Origin: Paraglomus brasilianum
Lineage: Eukaryota
DNA length: 64,000 nt
Reading direction: 5' to 3'
NCBI GenBank assembly: GCA_910592345.1
Contig: CAJVPI010000034.1
Span: 1 to 64,000 of the forward strand
The first letter of the stretch is position 1. Each line of letters starts with the position of its first letter. Of the stretch, positions 40,356-53,284 are shown piece by piece. The translations under genes and the position numbers were made by a program. Below the pieces are notes generated by a model, which was given only the letters and a program-made list of their open reading frames with translations, was not told the origin of the DNA and searched no databases.

Positions 40356-40705
40356 TGTCACACCTGGGAGAGCGGCGGTGCACTAGACTTGGGATTTAGT
40401 CCTTTTCCAAAGGAAGCTTTTGCTCTTCTTACTTTAAACTAAATACTAACAACAACTAGTGACCTTTGACTATATATTATCGGGCTGTTCCTGAATTATT
40501 GCTTAACCTCGAGTATCACGTCGATTTCTCTGATGGGATTAGTCTCAAGGCCTATCGGTCGGGAAATTATCTCTCTACACTAACGTTAAATTATGATGCA
40601 AAAGTACTAAATAGAATCGATTGGCAAGTATCAATCCTATTCGAAAAGCACGCTAGTATCTTTACCGAAATAACAATGTATTATATTTACGCCTACCTGG
40701 TGACA
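40356..40705. repeat. Family B LTR-like repeat truncating the primase 5' end
   Basis: TGTCAC...GTGACA termini; shared blocks with 30531 and 48355. Confidence 0.4.
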
Positions 40706-40939
40706 TATGGTATTAAATATGATAACATATAATTGTAAAACGGAACTATTCTTTTATCGTTATACTCAATATAATCGTCATTATTGATGCTAGTAACTTC
40801 ACTAATCATTGGAATCGAAATCTTTTGGATCTGAAAAAATTTCAGAACCACAATCTGGGCATTGATTACAACATTTTAAATTGTTACATTCAGTACAATA
40901 TCTCCTGTACGTTTATAAGACATGTTAATTATTGTCACG

Positions 40940-41051
40940 GCTGATGCTGAAATCCGGCTGAAGCTGAAACAATGACCTTTCATTGGTTGATCAGATTTTA
41001 TTCTCTAACCCCATTGGTTATTTTCAGCTTCAGCCGGATTTCAGCATCAGC
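40940..41051. repeat. Perfect 30 bp inverted repeat (small MITE-like hairpin)
   Basis: gctgatgctgaaatccggctgaagctgaaa (40940-40969) is the exact reverse complement of 41022-41051. Confidence 0.9.
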
Positions 41052-41248
41052 TACTAACAGTGTGATTACGTGTTCATGTGAAAATCACATTACACAAATC
41101 GCGTAACTACTAATCTTTATCAATCTATCATCTACATTTCGACGTTTTCAATCAAACCTTTTTTTTTTCTTTTTCTTCGGAGGTAAGAAACAGTTGGTTT
41201 TTATTCTTTATTTTGTGAGATATTATATATTAGATCTTTCCATTTAGA

Positions 41249-42283
41249 ATGGCGAGTCCTGTTGAAAGAGGGAGAAATTTTGAAGATGAGATTAATGTAC
41301 TTCTAAGGGAAGTGGGGTATATTACAAATACGAGGTAAGAATTTTTACTGGGTATTGTTCAATGGTTATTGTATCCGAAGGTACGCTGCCACTAGTTGTA
41401 AATCGAAGAATCGAATGTCATAACTATGAAGATATCATTTTCAAGTATATGTATCTGAAGTTACGCTGTCACTAGGTGTAAATCGAAGTTTTTGAAAGCA
41501 CATAGGGTGTAAATTAAATCGAAACTTCGTTACCGAAAAAGCTTACGGACGTGGTGAATAGGATACATGTAAAATACTTTATGGTTCTTGATGTTTATAT
41601 GATAAATGAATAGTTGTGAGTGTTCAAGCTTCGTTACCGAAGGCCGTCTGTAGACTTGAACTCGGGCTTGTGGTGAATAGGATACATTGATCATTGAATT
41701 GAAAGCGCTTCGTGGCCACAGCTTGCGAAAGTCGCCAGTCAGGTACCCAATCTTGACGTACGGTGGACGGCCTGCTGTGAACGTTCTTCAATTGGTCTTG
41801 ACTATGATGACACATTTACTCATTATTTTCTCTATATAGTCCCCCCAGATTAACAGATGGAAGAGTCGACATAGCATTTCACCATAACGGTGTATACTAT
41901 GTCATTCGATGTAAAACCCACGTAAATGAACTTGGTAATTATTTTATTTATTTTTATAAAAGAATTGAACATTATACTTATACTAATACAATATTGTATT
42001 TCTAGGGGTGGGCTACGTTCTACAACTAAAGGGGATGCTTGCTGATTGCCCACGAGATACTGTAGCTATTTTGGTGGGTAATCGGTTCTCTGTGTGGGCA
42101 CATTTATGGGCTAGATTGTCAAGATTCGATATCATCCTCACTACTAGAGGAGATATAATTGAAGATTTAGCAAGATATCAACCTCGATGTCGACGAAGAA
42201 GTAACACTTGTTGGGTGGTTTTGTGGGAGATTTTGAAACTTTTAATGTTGTCTTATATTTGTTTTAAAGTATATAATAAATAA
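41249..42283 (+). CDS. Mrr_cat-like (PD-(D/E)XK) restriction endonuclease-fold protein with C-terminal hydrophobic helix, 152 aa
   Basis: Exons 41249-41334, 41840-41934 and 42006-42283 join in frame: RGRNFEDEINVLLREVGY..DGRVDI..YVIRCK..VLQLKGML..TVAILVG..FS..A..WARLSRFDIILT..WVVLWEILKLLMLSYICF. Confidence 0.7.
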
Positions 42284-42544
42284 TTTTCTTCAGTTGATTG
42301 AACGAATACGAGATGCGTCAATGAAATAAATAAGCTAATTTCTATATCAGATGGTTATCCCTTTTCGATAATCGTTTCTAAAATAAATATGAGCGAATTG
42401 ATCAATCGAAACCACATTTTCGCTAATAACTTTACAACCACGAATGCTACGCTCTTGAAATTTTAACTGGTGATGACTGAATTGAATAAGATATAATTGA
42501 AGTAAAATAGATATTTTATAATTAATTCTTGCGATTAAAAACTT

Positions 42545-42930
42545 TCAATTATAATTTAACTGTTGATAAATTTCACTAAAGTATTGAATTATTTCTTGTG
42601 TAATTTCGATTTTGTCTTCGTCGTCTTGGTTTTTCATCTGGGTTCGTCTTAGTCCAATGTTTGCACATCTCACATCCTTCTTCATCTGGCGCATAATACG
42701 TATAACACGTTGAACAATTTTTGATGCAATTTTTCCATCCATTCCATCCATTTGTTGTTCTAGTTGTGATCCACATTGTGTACAATGAATCTTTTCTTCA
42801 GTTACTTCATTGTATATTTTGACTTTATTTCGAATTTTCGGATTATATATCGCATTCATAGGTAATCCTTTGTTGAAACGTTCATTTCGATATTCTTTGA
42901 TTTCGTGATGAGAATGAGACTCTTTTCCTT
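42545..42930 (-). pseudogene. Cys-rich zinc-ribbon ORF, frameshifted
   Basis: HCTQCGSQL in one frame continues as NCIKNCSTCYTYY..GCEMCKHW in another. Confidence 0.45.
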
Positions 42931-42969
42931 TTTTTAACTAAGAAAGACGTTGTAACAGGCTTTTACATT

Positions 42970-43880
42970 TGTTCTGACCCAAATCGCAATCGACCCAATC
43001 GCAATTCGATTTGGGTTGGCCCAAATCAAAATAAACTGACTACATGTTATTCACCTCTTACGAACACTTTCTTGTTGAACAGTCTATGTGTTTGACATTC
43101 ACTATTAACTAGCGCTAGACGTCTCGCCACCTCAATCAGTGAGACAGTCGTATTTGGTATGTCTTCCAACTCATGAAGTCTGCTAGCTCAAGGTCAGCCG
43201 TTTAACTTCTTACAAACTCCAACACTTACATGGGCTTTGCTAATACTAGGGTTATCATAGGTCGTCGACTTGTACAATGCTACATGCATGAAAGTTGGAG
43301 CTCATGAAATGGCAGCATGTTGTAAATCGTCATGTATAGCACAGATCATATCATATATATTCTCGTTAACACACACAGTTTTTTCTTTTAGTAATAGTTG
43401 TTTCACTTCGCCAATATGCATCACAGTGAATGTATGCTGAAGAGACAGGAAGCCTCCACCAGTTTATCAATTAGCACGAGAGATAAAGGTAAGTCATACG
43501 ATCGATATGATCTATCATCGATTTAGAACTTATCATCATGAAGTGATTGAAACATATATGTTCTTAAAACGCTAACAATAAATTTATCGTATGATCAATT
43601 GCTATTAAATCGTCCGACTACTATAAATGACCGAAACGTTCAGTTAATTATAACTCATAAATACAGCACTACTAGTCAACCTATAAAAGATTAACAAGTA
43701 CCTTCATCACACAGAATCTTTACATAGACTTTTTAGCCGCAGACTTTCGTAATAGTATTCGTTTCTCCCATGATAGGCATGTAGAGTATGCGATAATTAT
43801 ATACCCGGTTTTACAGTGTGGTCGAAATAAATATCACTCTGAGCTTATTTTGATCTGGGTCGGGTCAGATTGCAGTGAAA
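42970..43880. mobile_element. Possible non-autonomous TIR element
   Basis: cccaaatcaaaataaact (~43020) versus agcttattttgatctggg (~43842) in inverted orientation, with repeated gaccc/gggtc motifs at both ends. Confidence 0.45.
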
Positions 43881-44439
43881 CGTACCATTAAACCCAATTT
43901 ATATTCCCCCCCCGGCAGGGAAGAAATATATTTTTAAGACCAAATTTTGTATTTATTTTTATAATATCTTTATTGAACTTTAATAAATAAAATATCTTGT
44001 GTGTAAAAAATCTAAACTAAGTTTCAATTTTTTATATTGTTTTGGATTTCCAATGAACTATCTATCAATCTCACTTATTAATACTTCTTCCATTTTAACG
44101 AATTCTCCATTTAATCTTCTTTTCTTATTTGTTTTAATTTTGTAATTAATGATAGTTAATTTTATAGACAATCTCGCTCGCCGGGGGGATGAACTTAATT
44201 TTAATAATTTAAAACAGCGAGGGGTTCAAGTGAAATCAACTCACCTTCTAAGTAATATTGACAGTCAATTTTTTGAGCCGACAATAATATACGTCCGAGA
44301 GCAGGAAAAGATTTGGCAAGAAGAAACCAGCGAATTGCAGACAATGAAATATATTAAACGGGTTTATCTCCTTTCAATACTGAAGAACGGGATCCTCGAA
44401 ATTGGGATTTTCCTGACGTCGGGCAAAATTTGGTACTTT

Positions 44440-44895
44440 CCATATCATATTACCTCCCTCTTTTTGAGTAACTTCAACGTTTTTAGTCAACCAATTGCCC
44501 ATCAGCATGTTTAGTGGGTTCCTTATTTTCGGGAATCTGTTCGCCGATATATCCGACGAAAATAGCATATATTTTGTCGATCGTAATGAATGATAATGAT
44601 TTGATTTCAACACAAACGCCGGATTCATCTAATGTTTTACGGAGGGCACATGATTCGTATGATTTATTATTTTCAAGTTCACCACCAACGGATTGATAAT
44701 AATTGTAAAAATCCTTCTCGGGATTCATACGTCTATTAATGTAAACTTTACGATTATTGTCGAATAAAACACAAAAAAAAACGCCGCTTATTTTCCCGAC
44801 TTTAAATATAGATTCATTTAATTGTTTAACGTAATTGGTGTATGATAATTTAAACGTATTAATTTGGTCTTTTAAAGGATCAATGTTGTGAAACA
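44440..44895 (-). pseudogene. NUDIX hydrolase, degenerate
   Basis: KVYINRRMNPEKDFYNYYQSVGGELENNKSYESCALRKTLDESGV..IPENKEPTKH is a Nudix box with two Glu-to-Lys changes; no start codon in frame upstream and a frameshift near the 3' end. Confidence 0.7.
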
Positions 44896-45054
44896 GTAAT
44901 TAACCATTTCATTTAACATAAGTACACGATGTTTTTAAAATAGTCGCGTGTTTTTACGTTTTCAAAATAGTCTTCGATACTTGAAATAACGAGTTCATTT
45001 TGTAATTACGTAAATAAAACCTTACCTGGTGATTTTTACCTGGTGAGGTATATA

Positions 45055-45993
45055 CGTGGGGGTGCTGAAAAGTTTTGCGTGTGGCTCTCTAACTAGAGGT
45101 TGCATCAGTTTAACTAAAAATGGGAAGAATCATCAAATGCGCATGTTTTCATGTAACAAACGAAAAAAAGTAGATGGAAATTTATTATCTCATTGTCGAG
45201 AAACCATTTTTTGTAAACTATAGTAAACCGGCTGAAAGAAAACGAGCCGTGAGAACCAACGATACTTTATTTTCGCTTCTTGGAAAAATGGCAGAAATGC
45301 GACTCAAATCCACGAGGAGCTGATGAATGTAGAAGGGGAACAAGCATTGTCTATCAGCACAATTAGACGCTGAATTGCTATATTCAAAGACGGGGAAGAA
45401 GAAATTAAGACAAGGCTCGTTTTGGACGTCCTCGCGAAGCCGTGCATCAGAAAAAATTGCCAAGGTCGAGGATATTGTTAGCAATAACCCGCACATTTTT
45501 ATTAGAAAATTAGCCAACGGAATCGGCATCTCTCATGAAAAAATTTCTTACATTTACATAATGAGCTGAGCCTCCAGAAAAAAGGGAAGAACAACTGTTC
45601 GTGACCTCATGCTTTATTACGACAATGCCGCACCGCCTAAGGTAACAATCATAACAGAGTATCTTCATAACAAACGAGTGAAACTTTTCCCCCACTTGCC
45701 ATACGGTCCAGACTGTGTTCCTTGTGATTTTTTCTCATTTCCTCGAATCAAAAAAGAACTGAATGGAAAAAGATTTGATAAAGTCAAAAATTTGACAAGG
45801 GCTGCTCAGGCAGTTGCTGAAACCATCCCAAAAACCGACTATAAGAAGTCTTTCCAGAGTTGGCAAAATCGTCTGCAACGGTGCATAGAAGTTAATGAAG
45901 AGTATTTTGAGGGAATGAAATAGGTGTATCGATAATTATTATGAAATTTCTGGAAATAAAGGTCCACGCGCAAAACTTTTCAGCACCCCCACG
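45055..45993 (+). mobile_element. mariner (DD34D) transposon, internally deleted
   Basis: TA-CGTGGGGGTGCTGAAAAGTTTTGCG ... CGCAAAACTTTTCAGCACCCCCACG-TA; YDNA..HLPYGPDCVPCDFFSFPRIKKELNGKRF with D34D spacing. Confidence 0.92.
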
Positions 45994-46514
45994 TATATTT
46001 GTTTATTATTTTAAAAAATAACTGATTAACGGATAAATCATACTATTGTTATTGTTATTAACACTATTGATATCTTTTTCTTTTCTAATATTGTCACTAT
46101 CAACACTATCGGGCTCACTATCAATTGTTAACATTTTAAATTGTTACATTTAGTACAGAAAAAGGTTTTATCACCGGTTCGATTATAATGATAAACATGG
46201 TATTTTGGTGATGGTTTAGATATTTGGTAATAATTGGTTGTATTTTGTTTGGGGGCATGAGTCATTGTTTTTCGTCTAGGATTGAGACAAATTTCTGTTG
46301 GATTAGAACTATTTCAGTATCGAATGTGTGATAACCTTTGATGTATTTGTTCTAATAAATAAATAAACTTATATTAAAACGTAAAATTTGAATTTTGGAC
46401 TTATTATTTAATAACTTACCATATTGTATAACAATTTTTATCTTTACGCAATTAAAACCTCATTTAAATGAGGTTATTTGTCTGTTTCAGTATCAGATTT
46501 AATTTCTTCTAATA

Positions 46515-47075
46515 TTAATTCTTCGTTGATATTTCTCGACACTGCATTAAGTGCATTATAACTAAAATCGACTGGTGCTGGAGGAACAGCGCAGTCAACA
46601 TTATATCTCTCATTCGGTAATCTCCAAACTCGTATTCTGCCATCATTTTTGAATAAAGTAAACCTTGATTCATCGCTCTATACGACCTTTTTCTAATCTT
46701 CCAACGACCAATCATGTTTCTTTTTAGCCCAGGCCAAGGCGATTTTTCATATTTTTGTTATCTTATGTACAGCAATACGACTATTATACCCCATATCACG
46801 TAACTTCCGCCTAATTGTGGACTTGCTAACAACCTTCTACTTGATTTAGCCAAATTTTCACAAATTATACTAAGTGGTTGCTTGCAATCACTTTTTACGA
46901 TCCGTTTTAACTGCCTCACATCTCTCTCTGTTTCTTTATATTTGGCAATAGCAGTATGCACAGTGTTTCTGGAACGACCTAGTTTCCCACCAATCTCCTC
47001 TTCTGTAACGCCAAAACTGCTAGCACGAATGATAAACCACGCTCAAAGTCAGTTAATTCAGGTCCTTTGGTCATT
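46515..47075 (-). mobile_element. Tc1 transposase relic
   Basis: MTKGPELTDFERG.., TVHTAIAKYKE, RDVRQLKRIVKSD, SDESRF-like and RVWR remnants. Confidence 0.75.
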
Positions 47076-47859
47076 CTAACGAATCATGTAAACAAAAGAT
47101 GTATTGTCTTCACATATGGGTGGATATTTATGGTAATATTATTTGGTAATAGTACATTACATTATAAATCTTTTAGAGAAGAGTTGTATAACTAGCTATT
47201 ATTTAACTTTTTTAAGCAATTTTTTATATCTCCACATATATCCAAGATATTCTAGCAGACTTTTTTTTTTTAAAAAAAAAAAACAAAACGTATCAACGGT
47301 AGTGCTTTAAAGTAAATAAAAGGAAACGTTACTTATTATGTCCGATAATTTAACAAAATAGTTTCCGTAGAGCATAAATTTGTCGATTTATTACCCAAAA
47401 TGTGTGCTTTAGTAAAAAATTTTATCTTCATATAAATGTAAGGCAAAAACTTAATATCTTAATTAAAATTGATAATAGTTTATTTGGTCTAAATTTCAGA
47501 ACATTTGCATCATTACTTGCTGAGTAATTTAAATTTGATCTCATTTTTATCGATTGTTGTATACTTTTGGTAGGTTATAGTTAGTGTATTATTATTATAT
47601 TCGGTAGGTCACGTGCTCTCGGTAAGTCGGTCCTCTCTCGATAAGTCGGCCAGACCACGGACTGATTTATCGAGGTTGACTATTACTATGTAATTACTAA
47701 CGGAGTTATCATTTAGCCTATAATAACATCACTGACTAAGTTGCGTCAGAGTTATGCTTCTCTGCTTAGTATTAGAAGGAATAATGCGTTCGGTCTAGAC
47801 ATGTGGTTACGTGGCGAGTTATAATTGTAGATGGCTATTACGAAAGTGATTTGTATAAT

Positions 47860-48110
47860 CGTTAACCACACAGTGCCCAATCATGAAGCGATACTGAGAA
47901 GAACCCTCAGGTATAGTCTATCGCGTTCACAAACTTCATGAGATTGGTTTTCATGTCGAGTAGGAAGTAAGAAAACCACCTGCGACTGAAAGGAATCGGA
48001 CCAAGAGATTCTGTTGGGCCAGGGAAAGACGATGGAGCAATGAATGGAATCACATTATTTGGAGTGATGATAATGAATCAAAGTTTGAACTTTTAGAGGT
48101 GATGGTAGGA
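47860..48110 (+). mobile_element. Tc1 transposase relic
   Basis: LHEIGFSCRVGSKK and WNHIIWSD..ESKFEL fragments. Confidence 0.55.
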
Positions 48111-48354
48111 GTATACAGTATATTTTATCATAAATCATACTATAATCTCTATGCATGAAATAAATTATTAAACATTATAATCACTCCTGTAAAGACCAGA
48201 TCAATTTACATCTTAAAGCATATATACGTCCAGCAAGATGAAAAACTATTCCCTTCCCAGGTCTGCCTACTTGGAGTCAGTAAGCATAATATTGCATCAT
48301 AGTAACATACCTCTGAGTTCTAATGTCACTGCACTCATCACCTATTATTACCTT

Positions 48355-48770
48355 TGTCGAGTGAAGGCATGTGACTCGTAGAGATTTAGCGGAGCATGGC
48401 TTCTCCCACTTATTATTTAAATAAACAAAACTGACAGTTAGTGACCTTTGATTAGGCTTTACACTTACGGCTCACTGTGCCGGATCGCGACGCTAACCCT
48501 ATATAGCTAATTGCTCTCGAGATCAGTATACGCTGGATTAGTTCGGTAGTCTGTCCGTTCGGGGTACAACGTATTTCACTATAATAATGCGCATCAACGT
48601 CACAATTATTTGCCAAGGGAATAAATAAGAACGATTATTCTTAATCGATATAGGGATTAGTGGTTTCACAACTATACTATGAATCATTAACAACGTACGC
48701 AGTGGAAGTCGATATACGGTTCGTTGATATAACGGATTTCGCTTAGGACGGATTTTTTTTTCTTGGAACC
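48355..48770. repeat. Family B LTR-like repeat
   Basis: ggcttctcccactt..gacagttagtgacctttga..ctcgag..ggattag blocks shared with 30531 and 40356. Confidence 0.4.
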
Positions 48771-49670
48771 AAAGTTTCACTAATTAAATATAGCGGATTT
48801 TACTATTAAATCACTGTAGTGCGGTTCCGAAATTTTTTCGATGAACGGAGTTTAGTAATGCATTGTTCAATAACGGAATTATAACGGAGTCCGCTATAGT
48901 TCATAGGAGATCCGTACTAAAGTGGCCGACTCCGTTATAATTTGTATATAATCCATAGTAATATTAATAGAACAAATTTATCCGTCAGTGAAGTTGTCAA
49001 TTTTTTTTCCTTCTTGTATATTAATAACATTTACAATATTATGAAGGGGGAAAGGAAAGGACAAGGGTTTCGTTAACAGCTTTACAGAAGAAAGAAATAG
49101 TTCTAAAAAACATAGCAAACAAACGAGTCTTGATCAATTTCTTGTTCTTGATTATTGACGAATATACTTTTACATTGACAGGAATATACGTCATCATCAC
49201 ATAATGCAGTAGGTATATTTTGAGAAACTTATGTTACACGATATGCGGATGCAGAACTCCACGTGAACATCTCTTTTAGGCTAAACAAAAGGGCCAGTGT
49301 CATTCTTTTTTAACCGTTTGTGCACGGTGTGATCTTTCCCCACTTTTGCAACTCTAAAACCATAATTTTTAAGCTATGGCTGGATATACAGTACATAGTT
49401 CTTCAGCAAAGCCTGAGCCTCTCGTAATTTTGTAAGCTTAGGTAAGAGCGAACAGGTTAGCTGTAAATGTCCATCAATTATTTATTCTCTTTATCGTCAA
49501 TAATTGGGGCCCTGAATTTCGTTCATAACCCTGTTTTGATTTTGGTCACAGTTTAGCTGATCGACAGATCACCAATGAACTGCTTAAGTTTATCTGCTCG
49601 TTTACAAGTTTTTTGTTCCTATCTACAAACTCATTGTCGTTTGGATATACACACATCCATTTCTCACAAA

Positions 49671-52282
49671 ATGAACGTTCTTCTCTATACGTCGACCGTT
49701 CCTCATTTGACTTCTCAAACATTAACCCGACTTAAACTATTCTTCCAGACGCATTATGACATAATTGTTGTTGATTCTAACGCGCTTCGTACAGAGCCCT
49801 GGTCGTCTTCCACAAGATTACTGATAATGTCCGATGGTGATTACGCAGCTTATCGACAATCGCTGCGATCAACCGTTACCAAGAAAATACAAGAGTATGT
49901 CGCTGGCGGTGGGAATTATGTTGGAATCGGTGCAGGTGCTATGTATGCTGCTAGGGGAACGTTCGAAGAGGAGGGAATTATTGACGAAAATGCGTCGGAA
50001 GAGGGTGAGTTTGGTGCAGAAGTCGGGAGGGAAGAGAGAGAGCTAGGTTTTTTTGATGGAGAATTTAAAGTATGGGAAAATAAAGAGGAAGAGGAGGAAG
50101 AGGAGGAAGAGGAGGAAGAAAGCCGAGGCGGAAAAATTGTTTTAGAGTTGAATAAAGAAGTATTGGGAAAGTATTACCCTAACATGCCGCATGAAATAAG
50201 TATCGATAATAATGAAGAAACAATGAATTCCACAACACTCAACAGAGGCTATTTTCATTTGAAAGACTCACAAAAAGTGATAGTCCTTGCGCGATATAAA
50301 CGTACAGCTCACCCAGCAATAATCTATAGCTCAATCGGACAAGGCACAGCCATCCTTCTTGGCATTAACATCCTTAATCCATCACAATATGATTCAATGG
50401 CGCCTCTATCTGATCCGTCATCGATATCACATCTCCTGTGTTCTCTTTTCAAACTCCAGTCTTTAAATGTTTCTCCAACTCAAAGTCATGTTCCGCGCCT
50501 ATCTCCACTCTTCCTCGCCTCATCCCGGTCTTCACTTACCGAACGCCTCTTGCGAAACATCAAGCCTATTACGTCCGATAATGGCACGCTTAAAATGACA
50601 AACAACACATTCCGTCTAGTGAAAGATCTCGCTGAATCCGGAGAATTGCTCAGACTATATGATAGGGGCGAATTGGATATAGTGGAGGATGGAGAGATAC
50701 CAGTGTTGGTATATCATGATGATCCCCCGGGAGTGGAAATTACCAAGACGTTTGACATTGGAGCGTTTTTCGAATGCTTGAGAAAAGAAAGACAAAAGGA
50801 AGAGTTAGGTCAGAGGAGAGAAATGGAGTTTGGGTCGAGCGTCTTGTTCGGTGATAGCATTACGAGTACTCAAACTATTTTGGATAAGTAAGTAAGATAA
50901 TTTGGTGATTCCCTAATAGAAATAATGTTACGATTATTTATTATGTCACACCTACTCTTTCAATCATATACGCATATATATATTTGTTATTTGTCATTGT
51001 CTTTTTGACCATCTGCTGTATTTTCTATTCCAAGCAACTTCTCTCTAACTCAGCACCTACCAACTGGTTTTGTTGTCACAGCCACGACACAAATTCGAGG
51101 ACGAGGACGAGGACGGAATTCTTGGATATCTCCGCCAGGATGTTTACAATTTTCCTTAGTGCTACGTCATCCCGTTAATATATACTTGGCATCCGTAGTG
51201 TTTGTGCAGTATTTGTTGGGATTGGCAGTGGTTGAGGGCATTCGAGGCAGGGATGGATATGAGGTTAGTTTAATAATTCGGAGAACGTTTGTGACAAGGG
51301 GATGTATATACCTTTGTTGTAGTCCCTGGACAATTCATAGAGCAGTGACTTTGGAAGTTTCAGAAAGCGAATTCAACTCAAAAAAAAAAAAGGGGGGGGG
51401 GTCTCTTTGGAAGACATTCCGATATTCTCTGCCAAATGTTGGAATTAATTTCTGCAATTAAACTCGTGAGCTAGTTAGTTAACCCATTATGCTATCTTTA
51501 GAATATTCCACTAAAGTTGAAGTGGCCAAACGATATATATGGCGAAGTCTCAACTCGCGATGGGACATCCAAAGAATACGTGAAGATTGGAGGCATATTG
51601 GTAAACTCGCATTTTGTGCGAGATGAGTTTTTGTTAATTGCAGGTAGGCTTGCATTGTCTCCAAAAGTCTTCAATTTGGGATTAGTCACACCTAATTCAC
51701 CATAATCGCTCGATGGATATGTTTGCCCAGGTTGCGGAGTTAACACAAACAATGTTGCCCCAACAACAGCAATCAATCGGATAATTGCGTCGTACAATGC
51801 ATTACATAACACAGAGTTATCAGGATTCACGCAGGAAGGGCTTCTTGCCATAATTCTCACAAAGTTTGAGTTATTTTATTTGGAATTTGTTAATAATAAG
51901 CGCGGATTTGGTGTATTCCTTGACCTATATTATAAAAGATGGTTGCACTCGTAAGTGATGTTCCAACTAATGTTCCAACTACCTGACTGACGATCGACAA
52001 TAATTAGATCTTTAGATGATAATCCGATGGTTGATGACTAATTGTTATTGTCTTCTCGTGTTAAAAAACTTATTAAATTTTTTTATTCCTAGTGACCAAA
52101 TAGTGACCGTCGAGTCATTGAACAAGCGGGCGAGGATTGTTGGCATAACAACTGATTTTGGCTTTCTGAAAGCGGTCGTCGTCGATGAGAATGCGAATGA
52201 CACTCATGAGATAATTACGTTGCAGCCGGACGGCAATAGCTTTGACATGATGAAAGGAATGATTACACGCAAAGTAAATTAA
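49671..52282 (+). CDS. BPL1: Biotin-protein ligase (holocarboxylase synthetase) with N-terminal BPL_N domain
   Basis: Five exons. MNVLLY, GGNYVGIGAGAMYA, ITSTQTILD, QIRGRGRGRNSWISPPGCLQFS, LKWPNDIY, KIGGILVNS, YYKRWLHSDQ, LQPDGNSFDMMKGMI. Confidence 0.95.
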
Positions 52283-53284
52283 ATATTCGTCACATTTTTT
52301 ATCGACATAAAAAGTCATTAAAGTTTGTTTGTCTTCGAATAGTCGCAGTCCCGTTTTTTTATGTTGTGAGACACTATATTAATACGTTTAGTTATCGCCT
52401 CGAGGCATGCCCTGCAATAGAAGTACGTATAGAAAATGATGAATGAATTAGGGTTGATCAGAACGTTCTCGGAGTCGTTTGCAGTCGTACAATGTGTTTA
52501 GATTGCAACGCAGAAGGATATGCACAATATGAGAAAGGTTGTACAGTAAGTTTTGTGTCTAATAAATTATAACCATAACTATATTAAGGTTGTTTTGGTA
52601 TTATAATATAACCATACTGGTATACGGCACATGTTAAGGTTGGTGATATTAAGTCATGGACAAAAATGTTAAACACAACACAAAGATAATTTATATCAAA
52701 CATTCTTGGTTCTTGGCGAGCAGAAAGTGGTAAATGAGATACTGTCAATGGGAACAACAGCGAAAAATCGAATATCGCACAACAGTTTTATTAGCGCAGG
52801 AAATATGTTGCTGCCTATAATGGTTAATAATCATGTGATGTATATCTTAATATGTTGTTTGTAATTTTAAATAATGATATAACTTTGTTTGGCCCCAATG
52901 TAAGGCAAATTAGCTGGGTAAATAAACATACTGTTAAGCAGGATCCCGTGGCACTATTACTATTACGATCTTGATCTGCTTCGGACATTTCCTATATACA
53001 GCACATATAAATAAAAGCTGAACATTCATTTTTCAATAAAGATATCTGTTTCTTAGCACCTGCACATTTTACGCTTCCTACATCTCAAATAGATTATTCT
53101 TAATTATTATAATCCGAGAAACTCGTATATAACATGCAAGACACATTTAGCGAGGTCAGAAAATAGACTGTAGTTTGGCACACACATATTGACGTCTGTT
53201 TACTGGAATTATCATTCACCGCTCATTTATAAAAGCATTAAACTTATCTTTAATCATACTCTACTGTCTCCTTATTAGACTAGG

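Noticed and set aside
50085..50120. Poly-Glu tract in BPL1
   Set aside because: Ordinary coding microsatellite in a variable loop.
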